Assembly: GCA_049999805.1 (NCBI GenBank)
Contig: JBNGIO010004535.1
Span: 1 to 38,606, forward strand
Source: Folioceros fuciformis
Lineage: Eukaryota
Direction: 5' to 3'
Length of the DNA: 38,606 bases
Below, piece after piece: positions 1 through 11,300 of this stretch (positions within the stretch are counted from its first letter, which is position 1; every line of letters begins with the position of its first letter). Below the pieces are notes generated by a model that saw only the letters and a list, made by a program, of their open reading frames with translations, made no database searches and was not told the origin of the DNA. The position numbers and the translations under genes are program-made.

Positions 1-665
1 TCATGATTCAAAAAACAATGTTAATCAACTAAAACTAGTTAGAAAATAGTCGGAATGTAATGTGGATTCTCAAAATTACCCTCACAACTTGTTCCAAATC
101 GGATGTCCGCAACTTGGGCCTTGGTCGCTCACAATTGGAATGTCTCCCGTCGTCCGATCGAGATCCTAACTTCCGCAGTCGGGGTCAGTTCGGAGCCCAT
201 CTGGCGCGCTCGGCCGGATCCTCGCCTCATTGGCGCCCCGCTAGCGAACGGCTGCAGCCCGGGTGACTCCTTGCTGGCGCCCAAGTGGCGCCCCACTGGT
301 GCCTCGCTGGCTCCCAAGTGGTGCCTCGCTGGGGCCCACTGACGCCCAGGTGGCGCCTCGTTGGCGCGCCCTAGCCGGCGGCTACGCCCTAGCCGTCGCC
401 CTAGCCAGCACCCTAGCCAGTGCCGTAGCCGCCGGTTGTGCCCTAGCCCGGCGGCTAGCACCCTTGCTCCTCATAGATGTTCATCTTCTTGCCTTGTGCC
501 TCCGTTTGTAGCACCTACAATAGACACAACCATCTTGCTCCACACCCTAGCTCTGATACCACTTGTAGGATCAGTCTAGGAGCTACATGGTGGAGGAGAG
601 GAGAAAAGGAGGTAAGGAGAAGAAGAAAAAGAGAGGTCACACCCTCACAACAGAGTCTCTCAATT
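1..665 (-). mobile_element. LTR retrotransposon relic: part of the 5' LTR, tRNA-iMet primer-binding site and leader
   Basis: 550-561 gctctgatacca reads TGGTATCAGAGC on the minus strand, the canonical tRNA-iMet PBS. It lies 2 nt from an LTR end (CA on minus = TG at 564-565). The LTR appears interrupted near 666 by TTTAGGG-rich repeats. Confidence 0.75.
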
Positions 666-1025
666 TAGGGCATGGCGAGGGAGAATCGATGTAGGGTTTA
701 GGGGCATTGCGGAGAAAAAAAAGGTTTAGGGTTTAGCAACATGATGAAACAGAATAGGTTTAGGGTTTAACCGCATGGCAGAGTGGAGTAGGCTTGGGGT
801 GTAGCAACATAGTGGAGAAAAATGGATTAGGGTTTTTATCAGCATTATGGAGCAAAAATGGGTTTAGGGTTTAGTGACATGGTAGAGCAAAATAGGTTTA
901 GGGTTTAGTGACACGATGGAGAAAAGTGGGTTTAGGGTTTTATAAACATTGTGGAGCAAAATGGATCTGGGATTGAGCTGCTTAGAGTGGAGCTTATGGA
1001 AGGCATTATAGGGTTATGGGTTACA
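666..1025 (+). repeat. Degenerate array of ~40-bp units containing GGGTTTAGGGTTTAG
   Basis: About 7-8 diverged copies resembling ggagcaaaaatgggtttagggtttagtgacatggt. Confidence 0.75.
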
Positions 1026-1429
1026 ATGAGGAGTACAATTGTTTGGTCTTGATCATTTTACAAGACTTTCTACACGCCTCTATCACATGGTGCGTGACAC
1101 CCAGCCTTTACCTGTCAAGGACACCCCTTGCCCATTGTGTTTTCAACTTTGCTCCGGGGTCAAGGGGGTGAAACGCCATATTGGTCACAAGCATAAGGAT
1201 TTCGATAGGATCACTTGGGTGGCACAAGTGCGACTTGCTTCTTCCTCCGAACCAGGTGAAGGGTTATTAAAGCCCAATGTGCTTAGACTAATGTGTTTTG
1301 CCTAGTTAAGTGCTATTAGTTTAGATTAGTTTAAGCTAATCTATATGAAGCTTCTTGCCCAGCTTCCTGTGCGCTTGTTGTGAAGCTTCCTAGGGAGCTC
1401 TTCTAGAGGGTATAAATACCCCTTGAGCT

Positions 1430-1680
1430 CCCCTTGCTGCCATGCTTTTAAACTGTAAACTTTGTTGTTTTGCCATGCCGCTGCCATGCTTTTTAAATTG
1501 TAAACTTTGTTATTCTGCCATGCTACTAAATCCACTAAACCCTAATCTCATTCTCTTTATGCCATTTTACTAAATACCAAACTCATTCGCATTCTNNNNN
1601 NNNNNATTCGCATTCTCTTTATGCCATTTTACTAAATACCAAACTCATTCGCTTTACCTGCTCGCTAAACCTTAAACCTT
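1430..1680 (-). repeat. Inverted counterpart of the 666-1025 repeat (ccatgc...aaaccctaa units), containing an assembly gap
   Basis: ccatgctactaaatccactaaaccctaatctcattctc is similar to the reverse complement of the left-arm units. N-gap at 1597-1606. Confidence 0.5.
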
Positions 1681-1867
1681 CTCTTCATTGGATTGACATT
1701 AAAAATCATGGCACTTAAGGCCCGATACGAAGCCTGTCAACCTTCTCTTCATTGGACTGACATTAGAAATCATGGCACTTAAAGCCCGATACGAAGCCTG
1801 TCAATCTTTTCTTCATTGGACTGACATTAGAAATCATGGCACTTAAAGCCCGGTACGAAGCCTGTCA
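1681..1867 (+). repeat. 64-bp tandem repeat x3 upstream of the helicase gene
   Basis: cttcattgg starts at 1683, 1747 and 1811. Each near-identical unit carries ATTGG (reverse CCAAT), TGAC and GCCCG. Confidence 0.9.
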
Positions 1868-2383
1868 TTGTCGTGGCCTGAAAATCAAAACCAGCATGCA
1901 TGAAGGATCTCCAGTTTGTACTGGCATCCAAATCGACGGCCCGGCCGACGTACGCAAACACTCCATCCCTCTTCGTACACAACAGAATTCTGGTAAGCGG
2001 CGGCAGAGAGTTAAATGCACTCTTAACGGAGTTAAGCCAGTCTGGGACACTGTCACAAGAAGAAACGTGTGAGATGAGCCCACACAAACAGTTGCGATTC
2101 ATGGGCAGTGGATACTGACGTCATGCAGGATGTCATCATGCGTCTTAATCGCCGAAATCTGCCTGAAGGCATCTTTTGCTCAGCCTGTGGAGCCAGTGGA
2201 ACGGTCTTCGGAAGCTGTTTTCCGGGAAACCGAGGACGCTGGAGCAAGGCTCGCTTGGTGTCTGACTTGAGCTGTTCCATGTGTTTATCAGGTCGGGGAA
2301 GGTGAACCTTCAAGACTGGATACGAATTTTGTGGAAGTTTCTTGACTCCGGAAGAGCTTTCCTCCACCCACAAGACAATCAGC

Positions 2384-5300
2384 ATGGTGTCCTTGAAGGA
2401 GAAGTGGGACTCGCCGGAATGGAGAAGCGGTAAGACTGTACAGAGTGAGAATGTGCAGGATAATAGTAAAGGGAAGGGGAGAAAGATGGGAGCAGACCAT
2501 CACCAGAGCCTTCCGATTGACAAACACCGGTCCAAGATTTTGGATCATATAATGAAGAATCGAGTGACGTTTATCCAGGTACACTTTGTGAGGCAGACTG
2601 GGGTGCTTTGATTTGCATCACATTGTTTCACTTCCTGTGTGACAATCGCATGAATTGCGACGTTCGAGTCAGCGACGTGCCTTCTCGTCATGTGGCTGCA
2701 GGGAGACCCTGGGTGCGGGAAGAGCACGGCGGTGCCACAGTTTATACTGGATGATAATCGTTTCAGAGCGGCGAAGGTTGTGGTTACCCAGCCACGGCGT
2801 ATTGCAGCCATATCGTTGGCAAAGCGGGTTGCCCAAATGAGAAATCAGCTTGTAGGAGATGAAGTTGGGTACTGTGTTTCCAACGATCATATAACTGGTG
2901 GCGAGCACACCAGGCTTTTGTACATGACTAGTGGGTATTTGCTGGAGGTACGTGTCCTGTTGGTGCACCACGCTTGGCTGTTGTGGACTCGGTCTAGAAC
3001 TTGCAGACGCCATTAACATTGTTCCCCCAAACAGACGAACGTTGGAACTTGAGGAATGTGTATGCCTGTAGAAGCAGCTAGAACTATGACCGACAAGCGT
3101 ACAGCCATGCATTTCAATCGTGCTTAGGCGTCACCACCCTTGGTTTAGATTGTTCTGCAGACTGGCGGCTGGAGGCTGAATGAATGAAAGCCAGCCTTGT
3201 TCGTCATGCGCAGTGGCTTGGTTGCCAGTGGGACAAGACGAGGCCTTTGCAGGAATGCATGTCTCATCTGATACTGGATGAGGTGCATGAGGGAAACGCT
3301 CAGCAGGAGTTGCTCATGCTCATGGTGAAAAAACTCCTACACTGCGGCCAAAAAGCCTGCTCGGCATCCACCGGCTTCCCCAAGATCATCATAATGTCAG
3401 CGACACTGCAAGTGAAGCCTTTCCGCGACTACTTCGCGCCCTTCACTCGGCAGTTCAGCATCAGCAAGAGAGGAGGCTCCCGTGGGCCAACCATCCAGGC
3501 TTCGGAATCCTTGGACGACACCTTGCATGTCGGAGCGTATAGGTTTTCTGTAGACATTGTTTTTCTGGAGGAGATTTTGAAAGCCATCCCGACCCTTGGC
3601 TCTGCAGGGAAGGAGATTGTACGAAGGCTCCTCAAATTCCCAGCCAACGGTGAGTCCTTTCCCAGTTTTGCCTACTCTCTTGTGGTGCACCTTGTGAGCC
3701 AGACAGCACAGGCCGGGGATGCAGTGTTAGTGTTTGTGCCTGGCATGGGTGACATTGTGCGGCTGCAAGAGGAATTCAGACGCAAGTCAAGTGGAGCAGG
3801 AGACAAACGTTTGGAACTGTACTTTTTACATTCCTTGCTCGAGAAAGAAGAGCAAGCGGCGGCGCTGCAGCCACCATCTCCAGGTACTACGATCAGTCTT
3901 AGAATAATACGTACGATGGCACTAGACACACTTCTTCTCAAACGAGGCAGATGTTCATAAGCGTCTGACCGAGGCTGTGGAACCGCTCCGGGACGTCTTG
4001 CAGGAGCCGCCAAAGTAGTGTTGTCCACAGACCTTGCTGAGAGCAGCATCACCATCCCAGGAGTCAGGTTCGTGATTGACATGGGAATGACGAAGAGCAT
4101 GACGTTCGACAAATCTGTCGGGGTTCATAGGCTGTCCTGCTCGTGGTGCACAAAAGCTTCTGCAACGCAAAGAGCTGGGAGGGTTGGTCGTCTCTACCCA
4201 GGCACAGTATTTCGCCTCTACACCCGAGAAATGTATGATCATTTTCAGGCAAGCTGCTTATCCTAGACCACTTGATTGCGAGTGCTGAAGGTGGTGAAGC
4301 AAGGGATCCTCACTCTTTCCATTTCCACCTCGCAGTACTGGATTGCATTGGTCCTTACATGCAGGTTGCACGCATGTTTCTGTTTTCCTCATCTGACACC
4401 AGTTTCCAGGACTATACTGAGTCAAAAATTCGAGAACAAGAGATTCAGTACGCCTTGATCAAGCTCTTGAGCAACTTCACAGCGTTTGGCCCACCTATCC
4501 AGCTTGTTCAAGAAACGATGGTCCCTCCTGAGCCAACGCTGGTAGTCGACGCTATGAGAGCCCTGAGAAGTTCAGGAGCATTGATGTATTCCGATCACAA
4601 CAACTTCCATGATGCTAAGCTTACGGCACTTGGACGCTTAGCCAAATGTCTTGCAGGCGATGTTAAGGTGGCCAAGCTTGTGCTGAATGGTTTGGTCCTG
4701 AACTGCTCCCCTGACTGTGTTGTAATGGCAGCAGCACCGGAAAGTGACAAGGAGGACATATTCCATCGCTATCAGATCCATCAGTGCCAAAGGTAACACT
4801 CACATTGAATCCGATCTCAAACCACCTCACAGTCCTGTGACAACCGTAGATAAGTCTCACATTGGGGGAGGGGCGCTGTTTTACTGTGCACAGTGATCCG
4901 CTGAAAATTCAGAATAATCTGTGTGAGTCCTTCAAGACGAGAAAAAGGTTTGACAGGGGCCACTACAGTGAGCTCCTGATTTACCGACAAGTATATATCG
5001 AAGGCCAGCGGAATCAATTCACCAGAAAATGGTTAGAGCAGAACCACCTTAGCTCCCCTCGATTCGAACTTTTCACTCGGAGGATTGCAAAGTTTGCCAG
5101 CCATGTCTCAGAATTCCTTCAGACCCACAATTTGTCAGAAGGAATGAGTTTAGAGCTACAAAAGCTCACACTGCTTGCGCGACATGGCAAGGGCTACACG
5201 TTGGATTCATTTATATTCCGAGAGGACCTGACCATGGTTAAGCTTGCCATCACAGCAGCTTTTACAGACTGTCTGCTTGTCGGGGAAATTGCTAACAGTA

Positions 5301-8300
5301 GGCAAGCAGTGAACGAGTCCATAGAACTGCAGAAAGCAGGACTTCTTCCCTCTGTCTCATTCAAATTGAATGGAATCGAATCTGCTCCGGTGAATGTTGA
5401 GGAGTTAGGCAAAGTGCTTCAGGTATGCTATGTCACATTCAAGGCACAGCGTGTTAGAACGGAGTCACATGCCATGAAAATGATGTATCACCAGGTTTGA
5501 CACGTTCCAAAATGACTTGTGTTGTTGGACGTGTTCAGGTGGTAGGACCCTTTGCTAGGATTGTACCAAGTCCAACTCAAAATGGAGCAGCTCTAATCCA
5601 ATGTTACAACGCAGGAAGTCAAACAAACTGTTATGATTCTGTTGTCCAAGACCTCCCCCAAAGTTGTCTGTTACTGTTCCGTTTGCCGAGAGCAAGCGCC
5701 TCCAGACGAGCAACAGTAGTTCATCTTGCTGGGCAAAACGGATGCAGCGAAAGACACATTGGCCGACCCTCGAAAAGCAGGCAAATTGGGTGGTCTACAA
5801 TACTGAATGGACGTACTGTCAAGGTAAAGTGTGAACAGAGCAGCATATTGGAGCCAGCGTTCGAGATGAGGACAAGGGGAGAGGTAAACTTTCATCTCGC
5901 TGTGGCTCGCCAGGTCCTCGGGACAACTCGAAAGGACAAAGTAACCGCGCAGTGCGTAACCCTCTTGCCATCTCAAAACCTGTTTTCAGTCCTAGCTATT
6001 TTGCTATGTTGGCCTCCAGGGGAGCATGGTTTAGAGCTTCGGATGGATACCCGTAGCCAGAGGGTCTACTGTATCCGTATAGGACCAAGACTGAACCTTT
6101 CCCTGGCACCTAGGTACCTCATCTTGAAGCAACTTGACCTTATTGAAGTAGCTCGCATCAAAATGCATAGAGTGCTAGCCGGTGAAATGGTTCAGGGAAA
6201 TCTTGAGATGGACATAAGGATGATCCTCATGGCTGATACAAATCAGAAGCATCAAGCCGTTATGTCTCCTCAACTGGGGCCTTGGGTTCGGTATCCCTTT
6301 ATGATAAGTTCCGAGGAATGCAAGGTGAACATTTCAAACAACGGAGCAAAACACTTTAACGGTGTACACAAAGGAAAAGCGCGTAATGCTGCCCGGCAAT
6401 CAGTAAAATCAGTGGCATCCCTGGATGTTCGTTCTGAGGAGAGTGCGCCAACCAAATCCACGAACACTGTTCAACAGAAAAAAGTATATATTCCCAAGTG
6501 CGCTGATGAAGGGGCTAACCGATTGCAGCGAGGAGTTAACGACGTACACATGTCTTCAGATGAAGCAGTCCAGAGTTCTGGACAGTCTGTGACTGACGCT
6601 CAAAGGCCTCTGCTTATCTTTGCTACAGATGAATCATACAACCATGCAACTAGGGAGAAAGTCGCAGTCCTTGACTCATTACTCACGGAAGACATGGCTA
6701 CCATGCCCCATAAGCTTTTCAGTACAGCACCTGACCGACTGCAGGAAGAATTTAAGGAAGCACTCGCACTCGCTGATATGTCTTTAGATGAAATAGGCGA
6801 AAGTTCTGAACATGCGGGGAGTGAAGCACGCGAACTACGTCTGCCCGTGGAAGACAAGGCCATCGTACGCATTGAGTCAGGAGACAAGGCTACCATATTG
6901 AATGACCTACCCGAGGTTGCAAGTACAGTTACACCCGATATTCAGACCCTGCTCACTGCTTTCCAGCTGGTTGATCCAAGTCTCAGCCTGCAGATGGTGC
7001 ATGACTGGACCTCCGGGGAGAGATCTCATAATCAAAAGTTTTTTTCTCTATTAAGGGAGTTAGTCCTGATGTACCATTCTACAGAGGGGGAATCATTGGA
7101 CTGTGATGTTCCGACTGTTGTAGAGATCGTGCATAAGGAGAAACGAAAGCTTGTCAACAACAAACAGCAGGTACAAAATTGTTGATCATGATGTCTGTGA
7201 ATGTCCAGCCACGGTACGCAAACTTTGCAGCTGACTAACGCAGCCTGATTGTGCAGATGCAAGTCGAAACCTGGTACCACTCAGTATGCAATCCGGACAA
7301 ATCAAAGATGATGCCATTGACCGCTTGGGGCACTGCTCCACGTGAAAAAGTGCGAGTTGACAAGCAAGATGCTCAGTCATTCATCAGGCAACCATCTGCC
7401 ACTACAATCAGCAAAGAGCTTTCACTAACACTACCTCAGAGAAGCTTTCTTCTGCAGAAGTTGAAAAGTCAGCCGGTTCCTGAGGTGGACGTTTTTATTC
7501 CTGATGTAGCATCTAAAAGCAGCTTGGTGATGGTGTTTGGGGAACCCTTGCAAGTAGAGACGGCTTTGGGGTGGATCAGGTCTACAGTTCTTGAGCACAC
7601 GCCAGGAAAATGGCGCATTAACCAGACATATATGGACTCCCAAGACAGTCACCAGAGCATTCGTTTCGTGGCGATAAGTCAAACTCGAAACAGGCTGTTA
7701 TCAGAGTTTGTTGTACAGCTGGCTCCAGGACTTCGTTCCCCTTTGGATGTCAAAGCTCCATCCCTGTACCTTCCTGAAATATCGAGGGACTTTGGTAATG
7801 TTCTGCAGAGGGTACGCTCGGGGACAAAAGTCGAGATGCAGGGAAGACTTGGAAGGGTAGTTTTCTGCCAGAAGAAAAGCCAGGAGATCTTTTTGCCATA
7901 TGACGTCAGTCGGACACCAAACGTCCTCATCCGTCTTTTGACAGAAAAAAAAGTGCACAAGCAGCGGTTTGATGACGCAATCCAACCTGAGGAGTTTGGC
8001 TATTTACGTTCAGCCCTCGCCATCTGTCGCCCAAAAAAAATCTTCAGACACCAGTCCATCATTCTGCAGGTGTCCAGTTTGCAGAGGCAATCTGCAAACG
8101 AAGGCGTGAGAAAGCTGACTATAGTTGAATCTGACAGTCGACCAGGAAAACATATATTGCAGTTGGTGCAACACAGAGAAAGACTAGCAGCAGCAGACAT
8201 CGTTCGACTACATGTAGGAGCAGTACATGCAGATATACGACTTTGTATGACGGTATGTGTTTACAGACGAATTGCTCCCGAGTTCCAGAAACGAGAGACT

Positions 8301-11300
8301 ACTTGTCCCTGCTTGATCGAAACTCTGTTCCTTGATGTTGCAGACCACAGTGCAGAAAGGAGTAACGAAGGAAGACCAAGAATTTGTGGATGGTATCGAA
8401 AGAAGAGGTGCTATATTGTGGTTTCCACCTCATTATGTAGTGCACACCAAAAGGCTGAAGGAAATGGAGGTATTTCTGTTTCATGAGTTGAAGGTTTCTC
8501 TGGCTGTAGTCACCCAGGCACGTGGTGAAGGAGACTCAGTGATAAAACATGAGGTAGAGTTTGAGGTCGTGGATCCCAATGGAGATGGCTCCACTTCGTT
8601 TTTATCACCTGAAAGTGTACGAGAAAGAATGGAATTTCTTCTGAGAGAGATTCAAAGCATGTGTACCGAGTTAAGCTTGAAATTTGATGAAACAATTACC
8701 AAAGACTTAGCTGGGAAACTGCTGTTGCACTGGAAGATGCAGCATGGAAAGAGCCCACAGCTCCGCAAGTTGCTTGAACTTGGGTTGTCTGCAAACCCAG
8801 AGGAGAAGGATGGTGACTCTGTTCATCAATCACCTGCACACCCTGTCAGTCAGGGTTATGGGCGCAACACTAACAACAGTGAGCTAGTCTGTGACCTAGT
8901 GGAACACCTGCATCACTTTGATGGTTGCATCACGGCCAAAGATGATGTCGCTGCAACTGAACTGCTTATTGCAGTACTTCAAACACTTCATTCTATGAAA
9001 TTCTTGCTTGCCACAGGTGTCCAGGAGAGGGCGTGGATGTTGATAACAAGTAGTGAACTGAAACCAAAAGTTGCCCTCTGGTTTGCCTCTCTTGTTTCAA
9101 GAGATTGCTATTCCAAACATCATTGGGAGGATGTTCTGTGTCCTTACCTGTGGCAAATGGAGCTTGAACAGCAGCATGAGGAAGCTGATGAGCTGATCTT
9201 ACTTCTTGGCCTTCAGAAAAAGCCGATGAAAGTAGTTCTGAATGACCTTGCACGTGGTCCCAGCTTGAATAACATATTCTGTTCTCTCCGAAGACTGATC
9301 CACACCAACAATGCTCCGCAGTTCATGGCAGTTTTCTCACGCGCTCTCGAACAACAGAGTGCAATTCCTCCACGGCATTTAGAGGAAAATATGAAAAAGG
9401 TTCTTTGTCATCATGAATCAAGAGGTGCCAAATTCGTGCTACTATGCTCGGAGTGGTTTCTGCAAAGTTCAGAAAGCGAGGGAGACACAGACCACAAGTC
9501 AAGTCTTTTGTGGTTGATTGGAGTGATCAAAACACTAAACGTCCCAATCAGTGAGGAGTGCCGTTTGCTTGCATTGTCTCAGCTGATGGAATTCGCACCA
9601 GTGGAGATGGAAGCTCAAGACATTGAGGAGAAGATATTCAGTACATATCAAGTGGACGAAGCTCTATACAGAAACGAGCATTATCAAAGAATTTTGAAGA
9701 GCCTTTCACTCTCTCGTACACATATAAATGTATGTCGAGTCGAGAAACTCAATAAGTAGCACATGAGTTCTTCAACATGTCAGGGACCAAATCCGTCACT
9801 AAGACTTGCCTTCCTGTGCACACTGCAGGAGTTGGTACGCAGGGGGCTTGCAGAGAGCCAATGCCATATGTTTAAGACTTTACATCCTGGACATCGAGTC
9901 AAGGCAAGCTGTCTTATTCCTGGTGTGAATAGAGGTGGAGATAAATTGATAGGAAGCCCTGGAATCTTAATCCCTGCTCGAGACCCTACAGGTCAAATAA
10001 CTGGTGCCCAGATCAAGGTTGACAAAGTCAATAGTGGGAAGTATATCTGGTGGAGCAGTAAGAACGAAGGAGGAAGGGGACCCAGAGTGCGTGAAAGTTT
10101 GCCGTTGTTCTGCTGCATTCCAGAAGGACATGATTGTGCAGTTATTGGACTTTGTGAAGGTGCAGCACCTTTGTCTATATTGGAATTCAGATGTCCCTAC
10201 CCAACTTTGGTTTACCGTAGACGATCTTTGAGAGGCTTCGTACAGTTGAACAGCGACCACACCTCAGTAAAATCAGTCTTTGGGAGTGTACCTGAATTCT
10301 TTTCGCAGCTCCCTATCAAGCTTAGTAACAAACATGCTAAATGCAATGCAGGAGGCCTTAAAGCACATGTTGCTGCAGCCTTGAGTGGACTGCCAATGAT
10401 TGGAGCTTCTGGAGCGGCATTCCCACAATCAAGGAGCTTACTTGAGACATACTTGGCTATGCTCAAGCCCGCACAGATACTTTTCTTTCCAGATGCAGGT
10501 TCAACAAGTAATGACCAGGCAAGTTCCAATGCCCTTCATCTCTGTCGTACATTGATTTTCAGTGTGAGCATGGAAGACGAATGTTTCTTTTGATTGCAGG
10601 TAACACGGAGCTACTTCCACACATTTCGACTACTTCGTGAATGGAATTATAATTTTGTTATTGCATGGTGGGGCCAAGTGAACAAGGAAGATCACCTTGA
10701 TATCGATGACTTTCTCTGCACAAGTGAGTCTGCAGAGGAACTTTCGTTGTTATCAGTGCGCCAATTTTGGCAGCTCATCAATCCAGACGTGAAAACCAAG
10801 TTAGACGAAGAATTTTCTGAGTTGAGCAAGCCTTGGGAGGTTCGCGTTCAGCCCCAAGCTATAGACCTAGAGGAAACATTCACAGACACCGATGACATTA
10901 AAATCACAAGAATTCCGGCCTCGATAGAAAGCGTGCATACTCAGAAGTTCTTGATATCAATCCCCAAAGCCAGGATGACGAGGATGCCAAACCCACCAAA
11001 TGGATATGTCACACCTTCTTCTGTGAAAACTTTTTCCATAGAGGCCTCTATGGTGTCCGTGAACAATTTGCAAGAAATAGATCTACTAGTAGAGTGGTTG
11101 ATGCAAGGGGAGAAGGATGACAAGGCTATCATAGGGCTGGACTGTGAGCATGACCCTGATGGTACACTGAGACTCATACAGTTATCTGTTCACAGTCGAT
11201 GTCTGCTTATTCGCGTACCTTTCTTGACATCCAGGCACCTGTTCCAAGCTCCTATCAGGTACACAATGGGGACTTGTTCTGCCAGGTTCCATGTTGGGTT

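Noticed and set aside
666-1025. True or interstitial telomere
   Set aside because: TTTAGGG occurs only as 1-2 copies embedded in longer degenerate units, not as a continuous tract.
1549-1652. Direct repeat flanking the N-gap (likewise copy number at 33224-33327)
   Set aside because: Identical sequence on both sides of a 10-N gap is probably a scaffolding overlap, so copy number is unreliable.
9670-10720. Cyanobacterial contamination or misassembly
   Set aside because: The segment contains spliceosomal introns and is in frame with flanking eukaryotic exons.
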